NCBI GenBank assembly: GCA_023266845.1
Contig: JAHFPH010000004.1
Location: forward strand, 1-57,971
From: Rhodospirillaceae bacterium
GTDB lineage: Bacteria > Pseudomonadota > Alphaproteobacteria > JAEULC01
Length of the DNA stretch: 57,971 nucleotides
Reading direction: 5' to 3'
The position numbers and the translations under genes are program-made. Of the stretch, positions 1 to 9,064 are shown in pieces; position 1 is the first letter of the stretch; each line of letters begins with the position of its first letter. Under the pieces are notes generated by a model, which worked only from the letters and a program-made list of their open reading frames with translations, was not told the DNA's origin and did not search any database.

Positions 1-1194
1 GCCTGGATAGCCGGCCGCCGTGAGCAGCGCCTTCGCCTTGGCGATGTCCTGCTTCATGAAGGTCAGCTTGGCGTATTCGGGATGCGCGGGCGCCACGTGA
101 TGGTGCTCGCCCGGCTTGCCGAGGCCGCGATAGGCCGACTTCAGAACCGCCTCGGTGTCGGTGGCGTAACGCAGCGCCTGTCGCACCCGCTTGTCGTCGA
201 ACGGCTTGACCGAGTGCACGCGGGCGACGGCGGTGTAGCCCGTGTCGACCGAGTTGACCTGCACGTGCGCCAGCTTCTCGACCGTCGGCAGGGTCGAGAT
301 CGCACCCTGGTAGATCATGTCGACCTGCTTGGAGGCGAGCGCCGAGACTTGCGCCGCCGGGTCGTCGCCCAAATCGATGATCTCGTACCGGTCGACCCAC
401 GGGCCCTTGTCCCAATAGCCGCCCTTGCGCGCGACATAGAGCGAGCGCTTGCCCACTTCGTGCTCGGCCAGCTCGTACGCGCCGGTGCCGTTGCTGCCGA
501 CGCCGAACTTTCCATTCTCGGCCGGGTCGGCAATCATCAGCGGATAATGGAACAGCGATTCGGGGATCGACAGGTTGGCGCTCTGGCCGTTCAGCACGAC
601 GGTAAAGTCGTCCTTCTTCTGAATGGCGCTGGCGTCCCACAGCTTGGTGGATTTCTTCGCGTTGCCCTTGTCGTCCTTCTCGCCAGTCTCATACTCGGTC
701 AGAATGAAGCCTTTCAACAGGCCAACCACGGACGAGCCGGTCTTGGCGTCGAGCACGCGGTTCAGGTTCCACACCGCGTCGTCGGCGGTGAATTGCCGCC
801 CGCTGCGCCACTTCACGTCCTTGCGCAGATTCAGCGTCCAAGTCTTGAGGTCCGGCGAAGCGGTCCATTTCTCGACCAGCGACGGGCGGGTGACGTTGTC
901 GATGCCCGTGACGGTCAGGTAGTCGAGCGTCTGGCGAGCCGAGTTCGCGGCCTCGATCCAGGAATAGGTGTGCGGGCTGGTGATGTCGTGCACGCGCATG
1001 CCGAGCTTCATCGTGCCGCCCTTTTTCGGCGTGCCTTGCGCCGCGGCGGGCGCGGGCAGGCCGACCATCGCATAGGCGCTGGCTGCCGACACGCCCACGA
1101 GCGTGGCGGTGCGCAGGAAATCGCGCCGGCTGAGCTTGCCCTCGGCGAACTCGCGCCCGGCGTGCTGAATGACGGGATGTTCCCTGTTCGACAT
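1..1194 (-). CDS. Peptide/opine/nickel (DppA/OppA family 5) ABC substrate-binding protein with Tat signal; 3' end runs off the left edge
   Basis: Not in the ORF track because it has no stop in the window. Manual translation from ATG 1194 (GGGGAG RBS upstream): MSNREHPVIQHAGREFAEGKLSRRDFLRTATLVG...PKKGGTMKLG...WTLNLRKDVKWRSGRQFTADDAVWNL...KPFDDKRVRQALRYA...AKAKALLTAAGYPG, open to base 1. Confidence 0.9.
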   Translation of the reverse strand, partial: MSNREHPVIQHAGREFAEGKLSRRDFLRTATLVGVSAASAYAMVGLPAPAAAQGTPKKGGTMKLGMRVHDITSPHTYSWIEAANSARQTLDYLTVTGIDNVTRPSLVEKWTASPDLKTWTLNLRKDVKWRSGRQFTADDAVWNLNRVLDAKTGSSVVGLLKGFILTEYETGEKDDKGNAKKSTKLWDASAIQKKDDFTVVLNGQSANLSIPESLFHYPLMIADPAENGKFGVGSNGTGAYELAEHEVGKRSLYVARKGGYWDKGPWVDRYEIIDLGDDPAAQVSALASKQVDMIYQGAISTLPTVEKLAHVQVNSVDTGYTAVARVHSVKPFDDKRVRQALRYATDTEAVLKSAYRGLGKPGEHHHVAPAHPEYAKLTFMKQDIAKAKALLTAAGYPG

Positions 1195-1385
1195 CGATTT
1201 CTCCCCCGGATTGCCTGGTGATTGCCGCGGCTGCGAGCCAAGCGCCAATACCCCATGGCGCGGGACGCGGCCGTCCGATACGGCAAGGATAGTCCAGCGC
1301 GGCCGGAGTCCACAAGCCGCGCTGACCACCGGGCGCGCCTAATCGGTTGGCCGGTTGGCGCAAATCCGCCGCCAAGCGTCGCGGG

Positions 1386-1417
1386 TTGACATCAAGCGGC
1401 GAAAGCAGCGCAATTAT
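1386..1417 (+). promoter_or_regulatory. Possible sigma70 promoter for the oxygenase-DMGDH operon
   Basis: Perfect TTGACA at 1386-1391 followed by an AT-rich GCGCAATTAT patch; the -10 match is weak. Confidence 0.3.
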
Positions 1418-1431
1418 GTACCAAAGCCGCC

Positions 1432-2481
1432 TTGCGCAACCCGGCAGTCAGGCAAGCCTTGATCCCTTCGATCGACATCGCCCCCCTGTTCGACCTGGCC
1501 TCGCCCGCCCGCGCGGAAACCGACAACCGCGTCATGCGGGCGGCCGAAACGTCGGGCTTCATGGCCGTGACTGGACTTCCGGCCGAGGTGCCGCACGGGC
1601 CCAAGGTGCACGCGGCGCTGCTGCGGCTTTTCGGCTTACCCGAGAACGAGAAGCGCAAGCTTTATCGCCGCAAATTCGACCCGGCGCGGCCGAACGTCTA
1701 TCGCGGCTGGTTCCCGCTGCAGAATGGCGGATCAACCTATAAAGAAGGCATCGACATGGGCCCGGACATCGCGGGCCAAGGCCCCGCCGCCGATCCCGCC
1801 GATCCGCTGACCGAAATGACGCCGCTGCCCGATGAAGCGGCGTTGCCGGGCTGGCGCCCGGCGGCGGCGGCTTACTATCGCGGCATGGAACTGACCGGCC
1901 GGACGTTGATGCGCTCGATCGCGCGTGGCTTGGGCTTGGCCGAGGAATTCTTCGATCCGTATTTCAAGAACGGCATTTCCACCCTGCGGCTGATCCGCTA
2001 TCCGGTGCGCCCGCCGGAATCGTTCGCGGGCGCGGATGAAAGCGCGATCTACGTGACGCACCGGGGCAAGCGTCGTCATCTTATCGGCGGAGCGCATGTC
2101 GATTCCGGCTTCGTCACGCTGCTGGCGCAGGACGGGGTGGAAGGATTGCAGGCGCGCGGCGCGGGCAAGGAATGGATCGACGTGCCGCCGATCGAAGGCA
2201 GCCTGGCGGTGAATTTCGGCGGGCTGTTGGAGCGCTGGACCGGCGGGCGCATCAAGGCCACAGAACACCGCGTGATCGGGCACGAACGCGAGCGCCGCTC
2301 GATACCGTTCTTCTATGAGCCGCGCGTCGACGCGCGCGTCGAACCTCTGCCCATCAAGGGCGCGGCGCGGTTCCAGCCGTTCCTCTATGGCGATCACCTG
2401 TGGGCGGCGATGACCAAGTTCATCGAGTTCAGGGGCCTTGAGGTCCTGCGCCCGCCCAAGGGCAAGCAAGCCGCGGAGTGA
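1432..2481 (+). CDS. Isopenicillin N synthase-family Fe(II)/2-oxoglutarate dioxygenase
   Basis: N-terminal IPSIDIAPL, YRGWFP, LRLIRYP, HxD (GAHVDSGFVTLL), distal His (ATEHRV) and RxS (RRSIPFF). TTG start uncertain. Confidence 0.88.
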   Translation: MRNPAVRQALIPSIDIAPLFDLASPARAETDNRVMRAAETSGFMAVTGLPAEVPHGPKVHAALLRLFGLPENEKRKLYRRKFDPARPNVYRGWFPLQNGGSTYKEGIDMGPDIAGQGPAADPADPLTEMTPLPDEAALPGWRPAAAAYYRGMELTGRTLMRSIARGLGLAEEFFDPYFKNGISTLRLIRYPVRPPESFAGADESAIYVTHRGKRRHLIGGAHVDSGFVTLLAQDGVEGLQARGAGKEWIDVPPIEGSLAVNFGGLLERWTGGRIKATEHRVIGHERERRSIPFFYEPRVDARVEPLPIKGAARFQPFLYGDHLWAAMTKFIEFRGLEVLRPPKGKQAAE

Positions 2482-4934
2482 AAAAACCAGACATGAAAAC
2501 GCATGCGCGCGTGGCGGTGATCGGCGGCGGCGTGGTGGGATGCTCGGTGCTGTACCACCTGGCCAAGGCGGGATGGCGCGACCTCGTCTTGATCGAGCGT
2601 TTGGAACTTACCTCGGGTTCGTCCTGGCACGCGGCCGGCGGGTTCCACACGCTGAACGGCGACCCCAACGTCGCCAAGCTGCAGAGCTATACGGTCAATC
2701 TCTACAAGGAGATCGAGGCGCTGTCGGGCCAGTCCTGCGGCGTGCACCTGACCGGCGGCATGATGCTGGCCGGCACGCCCGAGCGCATGGATTTCCTGAA
2801 GCTGGCGCACGCCAAGGGGCGGTATCTCGGCATGCAGACCGAGATCATCAGCGCCGCCGAGGCCAGAAAACTGCTGCCGCTGATCGAGGACAAATACTTC
2901 ATCGGCGCCATGATCGATCCGCTGGAAGGACACCTTGACCCCTCGGGCACCACGCACGCCTATGCCGGCGCGGCGCGCAAGCTGGGCGCCGAGATCTATC
3001 GCCAGACGCGCGTGATCGAAACCAACCCGCTGAAGGACGGCGGATGGGGCGTGGTGACCGACAAGGGCACGATCCGGGCCGACCACGTGGTCAACGCCGG
3101 GGGTTTATGGGCGCGCGAGGTCGGCCGCATGGCCGGGCTGGAACTGCCCGTGCTGGCGATGGAGCATCACTACATCGTCACCGGCGAGATGCCCGAGGTG
3201 GTGGAGATCAACAAAAGCACCGGCAAGGAAGCGCTGCACGTCATCGATTTCGAGGGCGAAATCTATTTGCGGCAGGAAGCCAAGGGCATCCTGATGGGCA
3301 CCTATGAGAAAAAGGCGACACCCTGGTCGCCCGAGGCGACGCCCTGGAGCTTCGGACCGGAGCTGCTGCAAGAGGACATGGACCGCATCGCGCCCAGCCT
3401 GGAGGTGGGCTTCAGGCATTTCCCGGCGATCGGACGCGCCGGCATCAAGCGCGTGGTCAACGGGCCGTTCACCTTCACGCCGGACGGCAATCCGCTGGTT
3501 GGGCCCGTACGCGGCCTGAAGAATTATTGGTGCGCCTGCGGCGTGATGGCCGGATTCAGCCAGGGCGGCGGCGTGGGGTTGGCGCTGACCAATTGGATGA
3601 CCGAGGGCGATCCGGGCTTCGACGTGTGGGGCATGGACGTGTCGCGCTACGGCGACTGGACCACGCCCGCCTATACCAACGCCAAGGTACGCGAGAATTA
3701 TTCGCGGCGCTTCCGCATCCGTTTTCCGAACGAGGAGCTGCCCGCCGCGCGCGCCTTACGCACCGTGCCGGCGCACGACCAGCTAAAGCGCGAGAACGCG
3801 GTGTTCGGCGTGTCCTATGGGCTGGAATATCCGCTGTGGTACGCGCCCAAGGGAACCAAGCCCGAGGAGACCATCACCTATCGCCGCTCGAATGCGTTCG
3901 CGCCCGTGGCGGCGGAATGCCGGGCGGTGCGCGAGCGCGTGGGTCTGGCGGAGATATCGACCTATGGCCGCTACGAGGTCACGGGCCCGGACGCGGCGCT
4001 GTTCCTGGAGCGCGTGCTGACCAACCGCATGCCCGAAGCGGGCCGGATGGCGCTGGCGCCGATGCTGAACGCGCAAGGGCGCTTGATCGGCGATTTCACC
4101 GTGGCGCGGCTCGGAGCCCAGGGGGCCGCCCCCGAGCGGTTCTTCATCGTCGGCTCGGGCATCGCCGAGGAGTATCACCTGCGCTGGTGGGAACAGCAGC
4201 GCGCCGGCATGGCGGTTGCGATCCGCGCCATGTCGCGCGCCCTGTCGGGCTTTTCCATCGCGGGACCCAAATCGCGCGCGATGCTGGCGACGCTGGTGCG
4301 CGACGACGTATCGAACGCCGCCTTTCCGTTCCTCTCGGTGCGCGAGATGGCGGTGGGGCTGGTGCCCTCACTGGTCGCGCGGGTCAGCTTCACCGGCGAG
4401 CTGGGCTACGAGATCTGGTGCGCGCCCGATCTGCACAAGGCCCTCTACGACACGCTGCGTGAATCGGGGCGCGAGCACGGCATGGCGATGTTCGGGTCGC
4501 AGGCGCTCAATTCCATGCGCCTGGAAAAAGCCTTCGGTTCCTGGGCGCGCGAGTACCGCCCGATCTACGGGCCGGAGGAGGCCCGGCTCGGCAGGTTCGT
4601 CCGTTTCGAGAAGAACGACTTCATCGGCCGCGACGCGGCAGCCGCGGAGCGCAAAACGGGCGGCGAGCGGCGGCTTTGCCTGTTCGACGTAGCGGCCAAG
4701 GATGCCGACGCGTTCGGCGATGAGCCGATCTGGCACGACGGCAAGGTGGTGGGCTGGGTGACCTCGGGCGGCTACGGCCACGCGACCGGAAAGTCGCTGG
4801 CCCTGGGTTACGTGCCCAAGGCCCTGGCCGACGCCAGGCAGGAATTCGAAATCGAGATCATCGGCGAGCGCCGCCCCGCGCGCCTCTTGCCCCAAGCGCC
4901 GCACGACCCCAAGGGCGAACGGATGCGGAGTTAG
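2478..4934 (+). CDS. Dimethylglycine/sarcosine dehydrogenase-like FAD oxidoreductase with GcvT folate-binding domain (copy 1)
   Basis: GGGVVG Rossmann motif, ELTSGSSWHAAGG (covalent-FAD His), NGPFTFTPDGNPLVGP, RVSFTGELGYEI, MRLEK, VTSGGYGH. Start is GTG 2478 or ATG 2493. Confidence 0.92.
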   Translation: MKKPDMKTHARVAVIGGGVVGCSVLYHLAKAGWRDLVLIERLELTSGSSWHAAGGFHTLNGDPNVAKLQSYTVNLYKEIEALSGQSCGVHLTGGMMLAGTPERMDFLKLAHAKGRYLGMQTEIISAAEARKLLPLIEDKYFIGAMIDPLEGHLDPSGTTHAYAGAARKLGAEIYRQTRVIETNPLKDGGWGVVTDKGTIRADHVVNAGGLWAREVGRMAGLELPVLAMEHHYIVTGEMPEVVEINKSTGKEALHVIDFEGEIYLRQEAKGILMGTYEKKATPWSPEATPWSFGPELLQEDMDRIAPSLEVGFRHFPAIGRAGIKRVVNGPFTFTPDGNPLVGPVRGLKNYWCACGVMAGFSQGGGVGLALTNWMTEGDPGFDVWGMDVSRYGDWTTPAYTNAKVRENYSRRFRIRFPNEELPAARALRTVPAHDQLKRENAVFGVSYGLEYPLWYAPKGTKPEETITYRRSNAFAPVAAECRAVRERVGLAEISTYGRYEVTGPDAALFLERVLTNRMPEAGRMALAPMLNAQGRLIGDFTVARLGAQGAAPERFFIVGSGIAEEYHLRWWEQQRAGMAVAIRAMSRALSGFSIAGPKSRAMLATLVRDDVSNAAFPFLSVREMAVGLVPSLVARVSFTGELGYEIWCAPDLHKALYDTLRESGREHGMAMFGSQALNSMRLEKAFGSWAREYRPIYGPEEARLGRFVRFEKNDFIGRDAAAAERKTGGERRLCLFDVAAKDADAFGDEPIWHDGKVVGWVTSGGYGHATGKSLALGYVPKALADARQEFEIEIIGERRPARLLPQAPHDPKGERMRS

Positions 4935-4944
4935 TTTACGGCCG

Positions 4945-5039
4945 CATCCTTCGAGACGGCTGCTGCGCAGCCTCCTCAGGATGACGGTTCATTTTGCGTC
5001 ACCCTGAGGAGCGGGCGACAGCGAGCGTCTCGAAGGGCG
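4945..5039. repeat. REP/RIME-like imperfect inverted-repeat pair between convergent genes
   Basis: CATCCTTCGAGACG...CTCCTCAGGATGACG (4945-4986) is inverted relative to CGTCACCCTGAGGAG...CGTCTCGAAGGGCG (4997-5039). Confidence 0.75.
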
Positions 5040-5044
5040 ACGCT

Positions 5045-6628
5045 CTACAAAATCCCCCGCTTCGCTATCTCTTCCTTGCGCTTGGCCACAAAAGCGTCGA
5101 TCGCCTCCTTGCGGCCCGGATCGAGCGGCGGCTCGACATAGGATTCCAGCAGGCGCTTCCACACCGTGTTGGCGCGCTGCGTGGCCGTGAGGGCGCCGGC
5201 CTCGGCCCAGGACTGGAAATTGCGCCAGTCCGAGATCATCGGCCGGTAGAACGCCTTTTCGTAGCGCGCCATGGTGTGCGCCGCGCCGAAGAAATGCCCG
5301 CCGGGCTGCACCTCCTTCAAGGCCTCGAAAGCCAGCGCGTCGTCGCTCAGGTCCATCGGGTCGAGCCAGGCGCGCATCTGGTGGATCATCTCGGCGTCGA
5401 CGATCGATTTCTCGAACGAGGCTACCAGCCCGCCCTCGAGCCACCCCGTGCCGTGATGCATGAAGCTGGTATGCGACATGACGCAGGCCCAAATCGACAT
5501 GGCCGATTCATAGGTCGACTGCGCGTCCACGCAGTTCGACGCGTTCACGTTGCTGGAGCGGTACGGCAGGCCCCAGCGCCGCGCGATCTGGCCGCCGATG
5601 ATCGTGGCGCGCACGTATTCCGGCGTGCCGAAGGCCGGCGCGCCCGATTTCATGTCGACGTTCGAGGTGAAGCCGCCGAACACCATCGGGATGCCGGGCT
5701 TGAGCAACTGGATCAGCACCATCACCGCCAGCGCCTCGGCCGTCTGCTGCGCCAAGGCGCCCGCGACCGTCACCGGGCTCATCGCGCCCGCCAGCGTGAA
5801 GGGCGTGACGATGCAGGGCTGGCCGTGCTGGGTCATCTCGATCAGCCCGGCGACCAGCTCCTTGTCCACGCGGCGCGGCGAGTTGACGTTGATGACGGTC
5901 AAAAGGCTGGGTTCGGCCGCGAGCTGCTCCTTCGACACGCCGCGCGCCGCGCACGCGATCTCGATCGCGTCTGAAATACGCTCGCGCCCAATGGCGCGCG
6001 CCATGAAGGCGCGGTCGGAATAGACGGAGTGCGCGCGATAGAGATCGAGATGGCGCGACTCCGGCGGCAGGTCCAATGCCTCGACCGGCGTGCCGCCGGA
6101 ATGATGCACGCAGGTCAGGCTCTGGTGCAGCTTGATCAGGTTGCACTGGTCCTCGAACGCGCCGGGCCGCCGCCCGCGGTCGAGGTCGGACACGTTGGGC
6201 GGGCTGCCGACCGGGCCCACGTTGATCGTGTTGTCGCCGAGCGTGATGCTGCGCTCGGGATTGCGCGCGTGGATTTTGAACCGGCGCGGCGCCTGGCGCA
6301 CGATCTCGCGCACCATCGCGCGCTCGAAGCGCACCAGGCGCGTCGCACGGTCGACCTTGCAGCCCGCTTTTTCGAAAATGTCGAGCGCCGGGTCGCTCAA
6401 GAATTCGACGCCGAGTTCCTCGAGCACGCGCAAGGCCGTATCGTCCAGGCGGCCGAGGCCCTCCTCGTCCAGCAATTCCAGGGGCGGCATCGGATTGCGG
6501 ATCGGCGCCCAGGGCGGCTGCGGTACGCCCGAGCTTTGCTCGGTCTTGCGCCGCGCGCGGCGTTCGCCGGCGCCGCGCTCGGACGCGGCGCGCCCGTGCA
6601 CGGCTCCAGGCGTGATGGGTGCCGTCAT
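5045..6628 (-). CDS. Trimethylamine methyltransferase (MttB) superfamily protein, non-pyrrolysine (copy 1)
   Basis: INVNSPRR, TPFTLAGAMSPVTVAGALAQ, GGFTSNVDMKSGAPAFGTPEY, GWLEGGLVASFEK, PGGHFFG; no internal amber codon. Confidence 0.92.
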   Translation of the reverse strand: MTAPITPGAVHGRAASERGAGERRARRKTEQSSGVPQPPWAPIRNPMPPLELLDEEGLGRLDDTALRVLEELGVEFLSDPALDIFEKAGCKVDRATRLVRFERAMVREIVRQAPRRFKIHARNPERSITLGDNTINVGPVGSPPNVSDLDRGRRPGAFEDQCNLIKLHQSLTCVHHSGGTPVEALDLPPESRHLDLYRAHSVYSDRAFMARAIGRERISDAIEIACAARGVSKEQLAAEPSLLTVINVNSPRRVDKELVAGLIEMTQHGQPCIVTPFTLAGAMSPVTVAGALAQQTAEALAVMVLIQLLKPGIPMVFGGFTSNVDMKSGAPAFGTPEYVRATIIGGQIARRWGLPYRSSNVNASNCVDAQSTYESAMSIWACVMSHTSFMHHGTGWLEGGLVASFEKSIVDAEMIHQMRAWLDPMDLSDDALAFEALKEVQPGGHFFGAAHTMARYEKAFYRPMISDWRNFQSWAEAGALTATQRANTVWKRLLESYVEPPLDPGRKEAIDAFVAKRKEEIAKRGIL

Positions 6629-6632
6629 GGGG

Positions 6633-7877
6633 CTAAACCTCCTCCCACGGGAAACTGTCCAAGCGCTCGGCGCCTTTGGCCGTGATCACGGCCTGCGTTT
6701 CCAGCTTCACGCATTCGCGCCCGCCCACCTCGCCGATCAGGCTTTCCACGCACACCACCATGTTCTCTTCCAGCCGCCCTTCGCTCGCGCGCGCGAAATC
6801 GGGATGCAGCGGCAGCGAGGGGAATTCATCGCACATCCCCACGCCGTGGAACACGCAGGAGTATTTGCGCGCCTGGTAGCGTTCGGGAATCCGCCAGGTC
6901 TTGTCGTTGTATTCGCGGAACGTCAGGCCCGGCTTTAGCGCCGCCAGGTTGTGGTTGATCTGGTCCAACGCCGCCGAGTAAAGCGCGCGCTGCGTGTTGC
7001 TCATGCGGGTGTGCCCGACGGTCCAGGCGCGCGAAATGTCGGCGCAATAGCCATAGGGCCCGATCAGGTCGGTGTCGAAGGCCAACATGTCGCCCTCCTG
7101 GCATACATAGTCCGAGCATTCCTGGAACCAGGGATTGGTGCGCGGGCCCGCGGCCAAAAGGCGCGTCTCCAGCCATTCGCCACCCGAGCGGATGTTTTCG
7201 TAGTGGAGTTCCGCCCATACTTCCTGCTCGGTCTTGCCGGGCAGCGAGTTCTCGTACATCCGCGCCATGCCGGCTTCGCAGACCTTCACGGTCCATCGCA
7301 TGAGTTGGAGCTCTTCCGGGCTCTTGATGCAGCGCGCGTGCTCGGTCAGCTCCTGGCCCTCGACGATGGTTAGGCCGCGCTTGCGCAGCGCGTCCACCCC
7401 CGCCGGCTCCATCTTGTCGACGGCCAGGCGCATATTGCCGCCGCCATGCTGGCGCACCACGTCGGCGATCTCGTCGGCCCATTTCTCCAGCCGTTCCTGC
7501 ATCCTTGTGCCAGCCGCGAAATAGAACCAGCTCGTCGCCGTGCGGACCTCGTCGATGATCTCGATTCCCTTGGCGACGTGCTCGGACCCGCGATACTCGA
7601 AGTCGATCGCCGGCCCCTCGGCGCAGACCAAGGCATAGTGCGACGCGTTGTGCGTCATCCACAGCTGCATGTTGCAGGCGTCGAGCGCGTAGCGGATGTT
7701 GACCGGGTCATAGAGTAGGATCGCCGCGCAGTCGTGCTTCTTCAGTTGCGCGCGGATGCGGCCCTGGCGGTAGGCGCGCGCCTTCTTCAGCACGTCAAGG
7801 GGTATCGGGCTTTTGAGGCCCTTGCCCGTGGTGTTCAGGTATTCCTTCTTGCGTGGATCCTTGAAGACATCGGCCAT
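6633..7877 (-). CDS. M24 (Xaa-Pro peptidase fold) metalloenzyme, DMSP lyase DddP-like
   Basis: DPVNIRYA, NMQLW, GGEWLETRLLAAGPRTNPWFQEC, FDTDLIGPYGYCADISR, KYSCVFHGVGMCDE, CVE, KLE resemble my recollection of DddP motifs. Confidence 0.8.
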   Translation of the reverse strand: MADVFKDPRKKEYLNTTGKGLKSPIPLDVLKKARAYRQGRIRAQLKKHDCAAILLYDPVNIRYALDACNMQLWMTHNASHYALVCAEGPAIDFEYRGSEHVAKGIEIIDEVRTATSWFYFAAGTRMQERLEKWADEIADVVRQHGGGNMRLAVDKMEPAGVDALRKRGLTIVEGQELTEHARCIKSPEELQLMRWTVKVCEAGMARMYENSLPGKTEQEVWAELHYENIRSGGEWLETRLLAAGPRTNPWFQECSDYVCQEGDMLAFDTDLIGPYGYCADISRAWTVGHTRMSNTQRALYSAALDQINHNLAALKPGLTFREYNDKTWRIPERYQARKYSCVFHGVGMCDEFPSLPLHPDFARASEGRLEENMVVCVESLIGEVGGRECVKLETQAVITAKGAERLDSFPWEEV

Positions 7878-7887
7878 GCGCGTTACC

Positions 7888-9021
7888 TCAGTTGTTCGAG
7901 CGGACGGTCCGCCCGTCCACTCGTGTTTTCTTCAGCATTTTTTCGTCGAGTTCAAATCCCAAGCCGGGCGCATTGCCCAGCACCAAGTCGCCGTTCCGGT
8001 CCACGTCCGCCGGAGTTTCCAGCATGAAGTCGCGGCGCTCGATGGTCCATTCCGGCGGGTCCCAGGGAAATTCCAGGTAACTGCCATCGGACGCGCCGGC
8101 CTTGAGATGCGCGTTGGCCAACAACCCGATGCCGTTGCCCCAGGCATGCGGCGTGAAGTCGACGTTGTTCAGCGCCGCCATCTGGGCGACTTTCAAGAGG
8201 CCGGTGATGCCGCCGATCGACACCACGTCGGGCTGCACCACGTCGAGGCAGCCCTCCTGGATCACGTCGCGCAGCTCGGACATCTCGCGGTTCAGCTCGC
8301 CGCCGGCAACGCGGATATCCAGCGCCGCGCGCAGCGCCTTCATGCCCGCGCGGTCGGCGCGGTGCAGCGGTTCCTCCATCCAATAGACGTTCAGGCGCTC
8401 GAGCTCGCGCCCCACCGTCAGCGCGTCCTTCAGCGTCCAGGGCGAGCCGGTGTCCCAGGGAAAGCGCCAGCCTTGGTTGCAATCGACCATGAGATCAAGC
8501 TTGTCGCCGACCGCCTTGCGCACCGCTTCCAGCGTCTTTACGCCGTCGCGCCATTTGCCCTCGCGGAAGCGGATTTTCATCGCCTTGAAGCCCTTGGCGA
8601 CGACGCGCTTGGCGTGCGCGGCGAGCTCCTTGCCTGGGCGCAGCGTGCCGGTGGAAGCGTAACAGGCCGTGCGGTCGCTCATCCCGCCCAGCAGTTTCCA
8701 GCAGGGCTGGTCCGCGATCTTGCCGGCCAGGTCCCACAGCGCGAGATCGAGCGGCCAGCAGCGGCCGTAGTGCAGATTGATGTGGCTCAGCACGCGCCAA
8801 TGACGCTCCAGCCGCATTGGGTCCTGGCCGATGAACAGATGCTCGTGCCCGGCGAAACCCAGCATGTAGTCGCCCGAGCCGACGCCCTCGATCCCCTCGT
8901 CGGTGCGCACGCGAACGATAGTGGCGTCGAATTTCGCGCGCGGCTTCGACGACCAGCTCGGATTGAACGGCGGATCGAGCGGAAGCTGATGCTGCGTGAT
9001 TTCGATGGCGGCGATTTTCAC
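7888..9021 (-). CDS. Enolase superfamily, mandelate racemase subgroup (racemase/dehydratase)
   Basis: DLALWDLAGK, YAS, KAMKIR, metal ligands MVDCN / WMEEP / GGE, QPDV...PHAW His-Asp dyad, PGLG; GTG start. Confidence 0.88.
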   Translation of the reverse strand: MKIAAIEITQHQLPLDPPFNPSWSSKPRAKFDATIVRVRTDEGIEGVGSGDYMLGFAGHEHLFIGQDPMRLERHWRVLSHINLHYGRCWPLDLALWDLAGKIADQPCWKLLGGMSDRTACYASTGTLRPGKELAAHAKRVVAKGFKAMKIRFREGKWRDGVKTLEAVRKAVGDKLDLMVDCNQGWRFPWDTGSPWTLKDALTVGRELERLNVYWMEEPLHRADRAGMKALRAALDIRVAGGELNREMSELRDVIQEGCLDVVQPDVVSIGGITGLLKVAQMAALNNVDFTPHAWGNGIGLLANAHLKAGASDGSYLEFPWDPPEWTIERRDFMLETPADVDRNGDLVLGNAPGLGFELDEKMLKKTRVDGRTVRSNN

Positions 9022-9064
9022 GGCGGTTTACTTTGGCATGCATGACGCGCGAGGCGGCTACGAT

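Noticed and set aside
82-1221. 379-aa plus-strand ORF and other long alternative-frame ORFs (e.g. 14911-16350, 30987-32222, 32275-33753, 40058-41974, 50901-52259)
   Set aside because: Antisense or frame shadows of clear genes in high-GC DNA; Arg/Ala/Gly-rich with no family motifs
1432-2481. Beta-lactam or other secondary-metabolite biosynthesis
   Set aside because: No NRPS/ACV synthetase or tailoring cluster; the context is catabolic
9033-9050. Sigma54-like TTGGCATG-N-GC upstream of MttB2
   Set aside because: GG-N10-GC spacing is present, but the -12 TTGC is missing and no enhancer-binding protein is in the window
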